DNA of 64,000 bases from a virus: IMG/VR virus record IMGVR_UViG_3300008469_000001, positions 1 through 64,000 of that record; one strand, given 5' to 3'. Shown piece by piece: positions 1 to 10,254 of this stretch; position 1 is the first letter of the stretch, and each line of letters opens with the position of its first letter. The position numbers and the translations under genes were made by a program. Below the pieces are notes generated by a model. That model made no database searches, was not told the origin of the DNA, and saw only the letters and a list, made by a program, of their open reading frames with translations.

Positions 1-996
1 AGGACCATCAGGACCATCTTGTGGATCTTGTGGATCTTGTCTTTGTGGATTTCCAGATTCACCACTATCATCAGGCATATCATCTCCCATCTGATCCATT
101 TGGTCTTGCATATTTTGGGCATCTTCATCTTTAAGTTTTTCCATCTCAGATGCAACTAAATCATACATATCTTGATAATTAACAAATTCATCCCAATTGA
201 TTTTATTATTATATAATCCAATTGGTAGTTGTGTATGTCCACTTTTAATCAATGTATGATTAATAATGTAATCCATAACATAGTTAGATAATTTAGGGTC
301 ATTACCATTATTTTTGGATTCTAAAAAATCACCATTAGCATAATGAGATAATTCATGTAACAATACAAATTCACAATATAGGTATTCATCAGGTATATCT
401 CCACCCTGTGATTCATACTTAGCACTATGTGCATTTTTAGGGTCTGCTTTTATACCCTTTATGTGAGCATGTGTTATCAATCCTTGCATAAAATCTTTAT
501 TGAAAACCATTTTTGCACCTGGTGTACAAGCAGCTGTACCAATACCATTGAATTCGGGCATTAATGGATCTGGAATAACCCAAACAGTAGGGTTTATTCT
601 CTTTGGTTGAAAACCATTTGATAATGGGTAAAATTGTGGTGAATCAGATTTTACTTCTTGGAATAAATCTTCAAAAATTCTCGTTTCAAATTTAATTTCT
701 GGTTCGAGTTTTGATGAAATTTCATAAGCAGCTGTTTCATACACATTTTTTAATGCAGTTTCACCTAATATTTTAGATTTACTTAATGTCTCGGTTTGTT
801 GTGCAGCAATATTTTCTATTTGTGCAATAATTTGTTCTCTTGTACCCATTTTTTGTTCAACAGCTTTATCAATAATTGCTTGGACAAAGAAATCATCCAT
901 AGATGATTCCAAATAGTCCACTTTCTTTCTACTGTAATCAAGTCCAGCTTCTGCTAGATATTTTCTTATAACTTTATCTATATCTTTTTCAAACAT
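1..996 (-). CDS. DUF2201-like HExxH metallopeptidase (probable vWA partner of the AAA ATPase), runs off the left edge
   Basis: Not in the ORF track; translated by hand from ATG at 996 (MFEKDIDKVIRKYLAEA...). Contains GTAACT..MVFNKDF, FVLLHELSH, NYVMDYIIN, then a QDP/DGP low-complexity linker; directly downstream of the AAA gene. Confidence 0.75.
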   Translation of the reverse strand, partial: MFEKDIDKVIRKYLAEAGLDYSRKKVDYLESSMDDFFVQAIIDKAVEQKMGTREQIIAQIENIAAQQTETLSKSKILGETALKNVYETAAYEISSKLEPEIKFETRIFEDLFQEVKSDSPQFYPLSNGFQPKRINPTVWVIPDPLMPEFNGIGTAACTPGAKMVFNKDFMQGLITHAHIKGIKADPKNAHSAKYESQGGDIPDEYLYCEFVLLHELSHYANGDFLESKNNGNDPKLSNYVMDYIINHTLIKSGHTQLPIGLYNNKINWDEFVNYQDMYDLVASEMEKLKDEDAQNMQDQMDQMGDDMPDDSGESGNPQRQDPQDPQDGPDGP

Positions 997-1001
997 ATCA
1001 A

Positions 1002-4000
1002 TTACCTTTTTGGTTTAATACCGAATTCTTCTAATAAATCTCTAATCTCTAATGCTAATTTTCTACCTTTATCTAAAGCAGTTTTATCCATAGTTGCTTC
1101 TTTTCTAAAGAAATCCAAAATACCTTGTTTAGTCATGAAATCTCTACCAATTTGTTGTAATGATGTATATAAGTTTCCTAAGTATTGACCAGTTCTTTGA
1201 GCTTCTCTAACTTTACTAGCATGTTCAGCTTTCTTAGTCATTACCATAAGAATAACTTTAACATATTCTAAGTAATTTGTATACAATCCAATCTTTTTAC
1301 CAGCTATTTTAGGTCTACTAACCATACTACCATCTGGTGTAACATACTCTTCTTCACCATTAGGAGTATTTTGTTCTAAATCAACTATTTTATCAGCCAT
1401 AAAGTCTGCAATTTCTTGAGTAAACTTTTGTGGTGCTGTTATATTAGCCGCTAAATAATTATCAAAATGTGTTGAGTTATAAAGTTCACTTGGATTATCA
1501 TAAAAAGCATTAAACATTTCATCAATTGTTTTAACACCTTCAATTTTTAATGATTTAATTGCTTCATATTGATCTCTTACAAGATTATTTTTCATAATAA
1601 AACCAGTTGTAATTGATAAGAAGTTTGCAGGATCAATTTCTTGTTTCTTACATGTAAAACTCATTTTACCAGCCCATGCATCTCTTAATTCATCAATTAT
1701 AGCATCAATAAATATATCAAAATCTTCTTCAGAATATGTATATTTTGGATTGAAAATACCCTTTTCTTTATCAACTTTTTGAGCTGTTGCATTCGAGTCT
1801 TCTGATTGAGCCATCATTGCAGCAATAAAATCATCATCACTCATATCAGTCATCTCATCATTAACAGTTGTATTCAATTTAGATGCTACACCTACTTTAG
1901 TTAATGTTGTTAATATTGCTGCATTTGTTGTTGAAACAATATCTGTAAGCTCTCTTGGTGATACATATATAACATTTCCACCTTCCATAAGATTAAACAT
2001 TCTTTCTTCTTTAACTACTGGATTACCTCTCCAATCTTCATCTCTTGATTGGTATTGTGCTAATACAGCTTTAACTGCACCTACAGTTGCACTATTACAA
2101 TCAAATCCTAATGCATCTTCTAAACCTGTTGGTCTTTCTTGTCCTAATAAGTAACTTTCAGTTTTTGCCCAACTAGCTCTTGCTGGAATAATATCAACAA
2201 CATCTCTTGTGTGTTTAGTTAATTCTCCAACTCCTTCATCTTCTGGATTAAGAGCACCAACAACCATAATCTCAGCTGGTAAATCATATTTTTCATTAAA
2301 TGATTTTTCTAATAATAATTTTCTAATAGAGTTAAATACTTGGGCATCAGCTCTTGTTAATTCATCAAATAATAATAAGAATTTGTATTTACCTTTACCT
2401 TTCTTTCTTTGATCTTCTGGGAAAATTGAATCTTCAGCTATAGCTTCTTCCATTTTCTTTTCAATTAAACCTAATAACTCAGGTTTTGAAAACTCTGTTT
2501 TCATAATTGGATTACCATCTTTATCAACCAAAGCATGTCCATCTTCTACAACTTGTGCAGCTTTTGGAATACCAGTTGTTGATTCTCTAGTTAATGTAGC
2601 AACATCAACATGAATAAAATATAAATCCAAATTATCAGCAACTTGACTCATATGAGCAGTTTTACCAATACCAGGCTCACCAGATACAACAGGTATATAT
2701 TTTCTAGCTTCATCTTCAACAGTTTTAGTATTCGAATCCATTTTGATTTTTGTTGCTAATTGTTGTTCTAAAACATCTTTCCATTCAGTTTGGTTATGTG
2801 TACTACCATCAAAATCTACACCAGATGTTTCTTTAACCAATTCTACAACAGCTTTTTGAATTTTAGGGAATAAATCCGATACTTCTCCTTCAATATAATT
2901 TCTAAAGTTTACTTCAACATTAGACATAAGGATTTTGGCTTCTTTAACATTTGCAACTGGTAAATTAGCATTAATATAAAGTAACAATTGTTCCCATCTT
3001 CTTGGTGAACTTCTTACATCAGCATTCTCATCATCATGAGATAAATCATTTTGATTTAAAATATCATAAAACTTATTATAAACCCTGTGGTCTAATTTAA
3101 TATCTGGATGTTTTTTATCATCATTTTCTTCATATTTTTTAAGTATATAATCAAACCATTGTTCTTTGTCCGGTGCTTTGAATTCCATTTCTTCAAAGTC
3201 ATTATTCATAGGAATATCTTCTAATCCATCATCATCTAAGTTTGATGCGTATACAATAAATGTTCCTTTTGGAATTCTGTCATTACCAATTCTACCATTT
3301 AATATATTTCTAAGAATATTTCTAATTTTCATATTGTCATTTCTGTAATACTCATCTAAGAATAATATACAGTTATATGAATCTCTAACACTATCAATAG
3401 ATCTTTTGAAATTACCAAATATATTTCTTAAATTCTTATCTTTTGCAACAGTAGTCAAATGTTCCATATCTTTCATTTTAAAATTTTTCATTGTTTTCAA
3501 CTTAGTAACTAAGTTTGATTCTGCTTGAACGATTTCAAATGATTCAGCTTCATCTTCTAAAGTATGATTGCCTGCTATTTCCAATGCAGCACTATCTTTT
3601 TTAACTTTATTACCTTTAATAATCATGAAAGGAATATTAATAATGTGTTCTTCTGTAATGTGTGGAGCTTCTACTGTTACTAATGGTAAACCTAATAATT
3701 TAGCAAAACTTCTAATGAATGATGTTTTACCAACACCAGGATCACCAGTAAGCATTAATGAGTTTTTAACACCATTTGCTGCTGCTTGACCTTCCATATT
3801 TGTAAGCATTTTTTGAACTTGTTTTGAAAATAAGTTATTGTTAGTTACTTTTGGTGCTCTAAATTTCCTTGCTTTTTTAGTTAAAGAATTTGAAATTTTA
3901 CCACCAGTAACCAATGTGCCTTTTGAATCCTGTGCATATTTAGTTGCAACAGACCCATCAACATTCAAGAATTTTTGTTTCTTTGCTACTTCAACATATT

Positions 4001-4181
4001 TCTCCAATGATGATTTACTAATACCTAATTCTTTTGAAAAGTTACTAATATTACTATCATCAATCTTTTGATCATCTGAATTAAGAATAGTGTCAATCAA
4101 TCCACTAAATGTTATTTTAGCTCTTGATGTAATTTTATCTGTAATTTTTGCTTCTGTTAATAACGATGTATATATACTCAT
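1002..4181 (-). CDS. Tandem double AAA+ ATPase (MoxR/AAA_5-like) with N-terminal HTH-like segment
   Basis: Two Walker A/B sets: GDPGVGKT/LFLDE and GEPGIGKT/LLFDE; SPRRW and SPREL sensor-like motifs; N-terminal FSKELGISKSSLEKYV. Confidence 0.85.
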   Translation of the reverse strand: MSIYTSLLTEAKITDKITSRAKITFSGLIDTILNSDDQKIDDSNISNFSKELGISKSSLEKYVEVAKKQKFLNVDGSVATKYAQDSKGTLVTGGKISNSLTKKARKFRAPKVTNNNLFSKQVQKMLTNMEGQAAANGVKNSLMLTGDPGVGKTSFIRSFAKLLGLPLVTVEAPHITEEHIINIPFMIIKGNKVKKDSAALEIAGNHTLEDEAESFEIVQAESNLVTKLKTMKNFKMKDMEHLTTVAKDKNLRNIFGNFKRSIDSVRDSYNCILFLDEYYRNDNMKIRNILRNILNGRIGNDRIPKGTFIVYASNLDDDGLEDIPMNNDFEEMEFKAPDKEQWFDYILKKYEENDDKKHPDIKLDHRVYNKFYDILNQNDLSHDDENADVRSSPRRWEQLLLYINANLPVANVKEAKILMSNVEVNFRNYIEGEVSDLFPKIQKAVVELVKETSGVDFDGSTHNQTEWKDVLEQQLATKIKMDSNTKTVEDEARKYIPVVSGEPGIGKTAHMSQVADNLDLYFIHVDVATLTRESTTGIPKAAQVVEDGHALVDKDGNPIMKTEFSKPELLGLIEKKMEEAIAEDSIFPEDQRKKGKGKYKFLLLFDELTRADAQVFNSIRKLLLEKSFNEKYDLPAEIMVVGALNPEDEGVGELTKHTRDVVDIIPARASWAKTESYLLGQERPTGLEDALGFDCNSATVGAVKAVLAQYQSRDEDWRGNPVVKEERMFNLMEGGNVIYVSPRELTDIVSTTNAAILTTLTKVGVASKLNTTVNDEMTDMSDDDFIAAMMAQSEDSNATAQKVDKEKGIFNPKYTYSEEDFDIFIDAIIDELRDAWAGKMSFTCKKQEIDPANFLSITTGFIMKNNLVRDQYEAIKSLKIEGVKTIDEMFNAFYDNPSELYNSTHFDNYLAANITAPQKFTQEIADFMADKIVDLEQNTPNGEEEYVTPDGSMVSRPKIAGKKIGLYTNYLEYVKVILMVMTKKAEHASKVREAQRTGQYLGNLYTSLQQIGRDFMTKQGILDFFRKEATMDKTALDKGRKLALEIRDLLEEFGIKPKR

Positions 4182-4184
4182 TTT

Positions 4185-4577
4185 CTACTCCCAATTCATA
4201 ATCTTTTTGAAATCTTCTGGTGTATTAACCAACATCTGCATATGTTTTGAATAAACATAAACATAGTCTTCTGTGGCATAATCCAACCCAGGAATTACAA
4301 ATCTTTTTTGTGTCTGTGGATTTTTAATACCACCATACATACCTATAATTATTGATCTTCTATCTTTTCCATTTGTGTCTATTGAAACAACCGAATCTAA
4401 TACTTCTGAGTATTCCTCATCAGTTAGATCAAATGTTATATCATCATACTCTTTAGTTGATGAATCAATTGGATTATATTCCGGAATTGATGCTATTCTA
4501 TTCTCATGCAAATGTTTAATTTTTGTTTTAGATTGAACTGTTTGCTTCGATTTAAGTAAATCTGTAAGTTTACCCAT
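4185..4577 (-). CDS. Hypothetical protein
   Basis: 130 aa ORF, AGGAG RBS, upstream TATAAATA, abuts the AAA gene. Confidence 0.7.
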   Translation of the reverse strand: MGKLTDLLKSKQTVQSKTKIKHLHENRIASIPEYNPIDSSTKEYDDITFDLTDEEYSEVLDSVVSIDTNGKDRRSIIIGMYGGIKNPQTQKRFVIPGLDYATEDYVYVYSKHMQMLVNTPEDFKKIMNWE

Positions 4578-4618
4578 ATTATGCTCCTATTTTATCAATT
4601 TTAATCTTTAATTTCACT

Positions 4619-4626
4619 TATTTATA
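4619..4626 (-). promoter_or_regulatory. T4-type late promoter TATAAATA
   Basis: Exact motif ~40 bp upstream of 4577; gp55 is encoded in the window. Confidence 0.5.
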
Positions 4627-4676
4627 CAGAAATTCTTTTATTTTTTGATATTTAAAGTTAATATGGGATTTTTTAA

Positions 4677-5366
4677 TTAATCACCAAATATTGTTTCTTT
4701 AGTGGTTTCTTTAACCTTATCCTTTACAGTATCAGTTGCAAGTTTTTTGATTTTATTAGTTGTTTCATCTATCTTTTCAACAGATATTGTAACCGTATTA
4801 TCAAATCTAGCTTTTAATCCTTTAACAAAACTTTTTTTATTTATTGTGTCTATTTGGTTGTTATAAGTTTCTCTAGCAAATTTATTTCTCTGTAATTCAG
4901 TTACCATTTCATCCAATGTTATCACTACATAAGTTGTATTTGATTCTGGTGTAAAATTGTCTGTAAGTTTCTTTGCTTTTATATTTGGTTTATAAATGAA
5001 TTTAGGACAAATCCTATCTACCAAAATCCTCTTTTTAACTCTTTTAAAATGTGATGTTTCAGGTTCACCTAAAATAACTAATGCTTTATTAGATTCTTTT
5101 ACACCAGAATTGAATGTCTGTCTTGCTAGTTTGTTTCTTTCTAATGATTCTATAAATGAATCTAAGTCAGTAACAACTGATGTTACCGATATATCATAAT
5201 TAGTTGAATATTTTTTTCCATCAATTACTAAATTATGTGTAAATTGAGGACACTCTTTTGGTATATATTCCCTATCAACAACAGTTTCCAATCTTTTAGT
5301 TGTATCAATTCCGGCACAACCCAAAATAAAAAATGGTATTAGAATACTAATTATATAATATTTCAT
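4677..5366 (-). CDS. Lipoprotein, possible outer-membrane spanin, with internally duplicated domain
   Basis: Likely start at MKYYIISILIPFFILG-C (signal peptide plus lipobox); two copies of CP.F...ERNK.AR.T.N. Confidence 0.55.
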   Translation of the reverse strand: MKYYIISILIPFFILGCAGIDTTKRLETVVDREYIPKECPQFTHNLVIDGKKYSTNYDISVTSVVTDLDSFIESLERNKLARQTFNSGVKESNKALVILGEPETSHFKRVKKRILVDRICPKFIYKPNIKAKKLTDNFTPESNTTYVVITLDEMVTELQRNKFARETYNNQIDTINKKSFVKGLKARFDNTVTISVEKIDETTNKIKKLATDTVKDKVKETTKETIFGD

Positions 5367-5370
5367 AGGA

Positions 5371-5790
5371 TTATCCACCAAAAGAGATTGTTTTACCATC
5401 ATTGAAATCTGTAGATGCAGTAACTTTTTTCTTTACCATAGATTTTCTTTCTTTAAGAGTTTTAGCAGCTTTAATTTCTCTTGCTCTCTTAGTTTGGTCA
5501 TCTTCATCTTCAATTTCATCTAATTCTTCTTTTACTTCATCTTCAGTTAATTCGGCATCTTTTAAATTAGCATCTCTAATTGCTTTAACTTTATCTTTAG
5601 TTTCATTAACTTTATCTTTAGTTTCTGATAGTTTTTCACCAACAACTTTATCTTCTTCAAGAGCATCTGCTCTCTTTTCTTCTTCATATCCTTTTCTTAT
5701 AGTATTTTCAGTATCTTTTTTATCCAAAAATCCCATAACTGATGTAATTGCTCCTAAAGCATTACTAATTAAACTCATTATTGCACCCAT
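5371..5790 (-). CDS. Coiled-coil protein with weakly hydrophobic N-terminus, possible inner-membrane spanin
   Basis: AAGGAG RBS; N-terminus MGAIMSLISNALGAITSVMGFL followed by a charged helix; directly upstream of the lipoprotein. Confidence 0.4.
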   Translation of the reverse strand: MGAIMSLISNALGAITSVMGFLDKKDTENTIRKGYEEEKRADALEEDKVVGEKLSETKDKVNETKDKVKAIRDANLKDAELTEDEVKEELDEIEDEDDQTKRAREIKAAKTLKERKSMVKKKVTASTDFNDGKTISFGG

Positions 5791-5805
5791 AACTTTCTCC
5801 TTGTA

Positions 5806-8800
5806 TTAATTTTTATTCTTTAAATAATCTATCCAATAAGGTATCATAAAGAAATCATCATATTCATCAATAGCTTTTTGTTCCACTACCTGAATATAAT
5901 TACCTAAATTAGATAAATCATCATTTGTTAAACCATTACCAAATAACTCTTTCTGTTCTAATATAACATCTTCAATCATTGGTATATAATTCGCACCCAT
6001 TTCTACTTTTTCACTTTCCCAACCAAACACCATTTCTAGTTTCTTATTAAGCAGATAGAAATCATGATTTTTAGCTTCAAACCATTCACCAGTTGATTCA
6101 TTCATCTTTGGTCTTGTGAAAATTTGACTAAATAATATATGTTTTCCTTCACTAAGAATAGGAAAATCAAGCAATATTTTTATTTTGAAAATAAAGTCTC
6201 TTATTTTTTCAACTAACATCGATAATTTAAATGTATAACTTTTACCTAATGTTTCTAACTCTTGAATGTCTTCAATTGGAAAATATTTTAATTTATGTAA
6301 TTGCATTTTAAAGTGATTGATAGAATCATATTTTTTGAAATTATATGTATCTAACAATATTTTCATTGCTAATAATTGTTCTTCATATAATTCATTAAGA
6401 ACAGTTAAATCTACAATATTTTTAGTGAAATCATAAGCATGAATACCATTCATGTATAACTGAGAACCAATAGTGTTTTGTATTTGTGTTTTAAATTTGT
6501 TGTTTTTAGTTTTTAATGTTTCCAAACAACTTGTATCACTTACATTACATTCTCCCCACAATATTTCTCTATATTCTTTTAACCCAAATATCTTTGCTTC
6601 TAATTTATTATATTCTTCAAATAGATAATATGATGAGTTTTCTTGTTCTAATTGCAATATTTCATTCTTTATAGTTAATTGTTTTTCCATATCATCAGTA
6701 GAATTCAATTCAATATTTAATTCATCTATTCTTTCTAAACTTGCAATTAATCCTGCAAACATTTCTTTAACATCTGATTTAAATACCAATGTAGGAACAT
6801 TCAATGTTGTTTCATTTGGTTTAAATACCATTCTATCATATTTGTTTAATGAAATATTAACATGCACCTTAAATTCTATTTCAAAATAATAAGATTGTTC
6901 TTCTGTATCAGTAATTTCTCTCATATTAACAATTTCAACAACAGCATATCTTGCCATTTTGTTTTTTATAATAAGTATGTCACCTACTAAAACAGGTAGT
7001 ATATTTGATGTTATTGGTTGGAATACACTAGCATCTTCTATCTCATATACAGAATTAATTTTACTTTTTGGAGCTTTTGTAATATAATCAATAAATTTTG
7101 ATTCACTAATGTCAATACTACTTCTACCCATAATCGGATCACTTATTTTAAAATCAAATAAGAATTCTGCTTCTTCAGGCATCTCAAAATCTTCTGTAAA
7201 AATAGTATCATTATTAAATGGTAATCCAGCTATTTCTGTACCTTCATAACCCAATATAACTAAGCCTTGTTTTATAGCTAATAGTTCTGCTTCACTTTCA
7301 CTTACTGGAATAGAACCTTCATCTAAAATATCAGTAATAGTTTTATCTGCAGGTATATCAATGTTAATTGGTATAGTTATTTGTTTTCCTTCTTCACTAT
7401 CATAGTATGTAATTTTAGCAGTACTATCAATCTTAGTAATAGGTGAATACTTAAATGTTTCTGTTTTAACAGATTGACTGTTTGTAGCACCATCAACTTT
7501 AAACTCTAAGAACCTTGTTACAGTTTTACCAGAAGGATATGTCATTGTACACTTAACTTTTTGTAATCCTTCTTCATAAAATGTGTAGAAAGTTTCTTTT
7601 CCAGATTTTAAAATACCATTACCAAAATCCCACTCAAAGGTACATTTCTGCACCGATCCATCAGAGGATATATCAACAGTTTCTTCTTTTGCCTCTAATT
7701 CAACCGAAAATGGTACTGACCCAACAAATGTTTCTTGGTCAGTATATGAAACTTTCTTAGGTTTAGATATTTCATTATTAAATATAAAACCAGACCATTG
7801 GTTTTTATGTGTTGAATACAATACATCAAATTCACTTTTTAACATTTCATACTCTAATAGATTTTCGACCTTTTGAATATTATCAATATATGAATTTATA
7901 TCTAACAATGTCATATTATTATATGATTCAATATTCACAATACTTTCAGACGATACATCAACTATATTGAAATTATTATCAGATGTATATTCTACAATCA
8001 TTTTTGTTATCTCTGATAATACTCTATTCTGATTCAAAATCAATGTTTCTAATCTTTCTTTATAATCAAATTTTTCAATAATATTTTTTAATTCTGGAAA
8101 CCATATATATGATGAAACATCAATCTTTAATTTGTTGTATCTTTCTCTCATACCAATAACATTGTGATACAATCTTATGTAGTTAAGTTTCATAATTTGG
8201 TTATCAAAATAAACTTTCTTTAGGTTTTTTTCATTTATTAAAAATGCTTTTTCATTTGGTCTCTCAACTAAAACAAATTCATAATATATATCTAACTGAC
8301 TAAATAATTCATTTCTAACAACTTTATATGTCTCATCATCAAATAAATCTATAACGAAATTTAATTCAGTTTGATTTTTAAATGATTGTTTTTCACTAAT
8401 TTGTTCATCGATATAAGTATTATTCATTTTCTCAATCTTACTGAAAATACTTTCAGTTGAGATAGATAGTCTTTCTAATGAAAATAACATATTAAAATCA
8501 AATATTGATTCCTTATAAAATGTATCATAATCACTTATAAGTTTGATATACTCTTCTTTATTAAAAGAAACTTTTATATCTTCATAAAATGATTTATATG
8601 GTGTATAAATCGTTTCTTCGATAAAGTTTGTCATATCAATGAAAATATATTTTCTACTTAGATACAATATATGTTCTAATTTATCCATATGTTGTTGAAT
8701 ATCTCTTAATTTTGTTAATGCATTTTCTCTATCAGCATTAGAATTAAGTTTTATAATGTCAATACTATTTTTCTCTCTTTGGTAATTTAAATCAAATTCT

Positions 8801-10254
8801 AATTTATCTAATAAAGTTCTGTAATTATTTTCAATTGCTTCTTCAAATGTTGCCGGTGAAGTTTTTATAGCGGCATCAAAAAAGTTCATAGCTGATATTT
8901 TTAACTTTTTTTGTAATGATTCTAATGTATTCAAATACTTTTGAATTTCAAAATCATTCATAAAATCTCTTTCTTGTGCAATAAATTGGTTATATTTAGA
9001 TAAAGTTGATTTATATATAACTCTATATTCATTTATAGTATCATCACCATACTCATCTATTGTTAATTTTGAATGGGTTGCAAGATTCATTGTCATCAAT
9101 TCATAATAATAAATTTTAATATCTTTTAAAAATTGATTTGTTTGGTAAAATTCATATGTCATAACAGTAGATATACCAGTTTTATGATATTTTTGAGTAT
9201 AGTAAATTTTTCTTTTCTTATCTTTAGATTTAGAAATTAAATTTTCAACCAATGATTTAAAATTTATATCCGTTAATATATAATCTTTGTCTTCATTAAC
9301 TTTTCCATCTTCTAATAAGTACACAAATTCCTGCAATTTATCAAGATCATCAACAAATGATTTATTATCCACATAGGTTACATATAAATCATTATTCACA
9401 TAATCTTCTATTAATTCAGTATATTGAGTTTCATTTGTTTTGAATATTTTAGTTAAGGCATAAAATCTATAAACACCACTTTCGACAATTTCATACAGTT
9501 TATCAGCTAATGGTTTTTTTATTGAATTAACTTTTTCAAAATATTCTTCAGGTGTTGTTCCATATATAGCATGATATTTATTTTTCTGAGCATTTCTTAA
9601 ATCGTCTGCGAAACCATATAATTTTTCACTCAATGTTTGTTCTAATGCATCTAACTGTATTAGTGCATCTTCATTTTCAGACTTGTATAAATTGTATAAC
9701 CCATACATGTAATTATAAACACCATTAATAAATTTATCAGCAGTATCATATTCTAATCTTTGTGGGATGACAATACCTAAATCTTCATCAATATTGAATG
9801 GATTATTTGTGAAAAAGTAATATTTTTCTGTAGCTGCTGCAAATTCTCTAACATAAACCAATATGTCTTGAAGAATCTCAGAATCAATCTTCTTTAAAGG
9901 TTGTTCAACTAACATTCTCTCAAATTTATATATTCTCTCAAAGAAATTATTTTTTTCATCAAAAGATTCTAATTCTTTAATATAACTTTTAACAATAAAT
10001 TCATCTTTGTATTTTTCAAAATTAGCGTCTAATTCGCCAAGTTTTTTTTCTATTTCCTGTAATAAACTAACATTAGTTTGATCAATACTATTCAAAACTA
10101 AAACTAAATTATGTCTAAGTGTATTGTATTCATCAACCACAGTTCTATAGAATTTTACTTGGTCAGCAGTAGTTTCAAAATTAGGAGTTAATTTTCCTTG
10201 TAATATAAAATCTTCAATAGCTACAACTAAAGTGTTAAATTTTTCTTTAAACAT
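5806..10254 (-). CDS. Very large helical protein containing a PKD (Ig-like) domain
   Basis: Likely start MFKEKF (GGAG RBS); PKD signature GSVPFSVEL...FEWDFGNG...YTFYEEG.QKVKCT at ~7490-7730. Confidence 0.65.
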   Translation of the reverse strand: MFKEKFNTLVVAIEDFILQGKLTPNFETTADQVKFYRTVVDEYNTLRHNLVLVLNSIDQTNVSLLQEIEKKLGELDANFEKYKDEFIVKSYIKELESFDEKNNFFERIYKFERMLVEQPLKKIDSEILQDILVYVREFAAATEKYYFFTNNPFNIDEDLGIVIPQRLEYDTADKFINGVYNYMYGLYNLYKSENEDALIQLDALEQTLSEKLYGFADDLRNAQKNKYHAIYGTTPEEYFEKVNSIKKPLADKLYEIVESGVYRFYALTKIFKTNETQYTELIEDYVNNDLYVTYVDNKSFVDDLDKLQEFVYLLEDGKVNEDKDYILTDINFKSLVENLISKSKDKKRKIYYTQKYHKTGISTVMTYEFYQTNQFLKDIKIYYYELMTMNLATHSKLTIDEYGDDTINEYRVIYKSTLSKYNQFIAQERDFMNDFEIQKYLNTLESLQKKLKISAMNFFDAAIKTSPATFEEAIENNYRTLLDKLEFDLNYQREKNSIDIIKLNSNADRENALTKLRDIQQHMDKLEHILYLSRKYIFIDMTNFIEETIYTPYKSFYEDIKVSFNKEEYIKLISDYDTFYKESIFDFNMLFSLERLSISTESIFSKIEKMNNTYIDEQISEKQSFKNQTELNFVIDLFDDETYKVVRNELFSQLDIYYEFVLVERPNEKAFLINEKNLKKVYFDNQIMKLNYIRLYHNVIGMRERYNKLKIDVSSYIWFPELKNIIEKFDYKERLETLILNQNRVLSEITKMIVEYTSDNNFNIVDVSSESIVNIESYNNMTLLDINSYIDNIQKVENLLEYEMLKSEFDVLYSTHKNQWSGFIFNNEISKPKKVSYTDQETFVGSVPFSVELEAKEETVDISSDGSVQKCTFEWDFGNGILKSGKETFYTFYEEGLQKVKCTMTYPSGKTVTRFLEFKVDGATNSQSVKTETFKYSPITKIDSTAKITYYDSEEGKQITIPINIDIPADKTITDILDEGSIPVSESEAELLAIKQGLVILGYEGTEIAGLPFNNDTIFTEDFEMPEEAEFLFDFKISDPIMGRSSIDISESKFIDYITKAPKSKINSVYEIEDASVFQPITSNILPVLVGDILIIKNKMARYAVVEIVNMREITDTEEQSYYFEIEFKVHVNISLNKYDRMVFKPNETTLNVPTLVFKSDVKEMFAGLIASLERIDELNIELNSTDDMEKQLTIKNEILQLEQENSSYYLFEEYNKLEAKIFGLKEYREILWGECNVSDTSCLETLKTKNNKFKTQIQNTIGSQLYMNGIHAYDFTKNIVDLTVLNELYEEQLLAMKILLDTYNFKKYDSINHFKMQLHKLKYFPIEDIQELETLGKSYTFKLSMLVEKIRDFIFKIKILLDFPILSEGKHILFSQIFTRPKMNESTGEWFEAKNHDFYLLNKKLEMVFGWESEKVEMGANYIPMIEDVILEQKELFGNGLTNDDLSNLGNYIQVVEQKAIDEYDDFFMIPYWIDYLKNKN

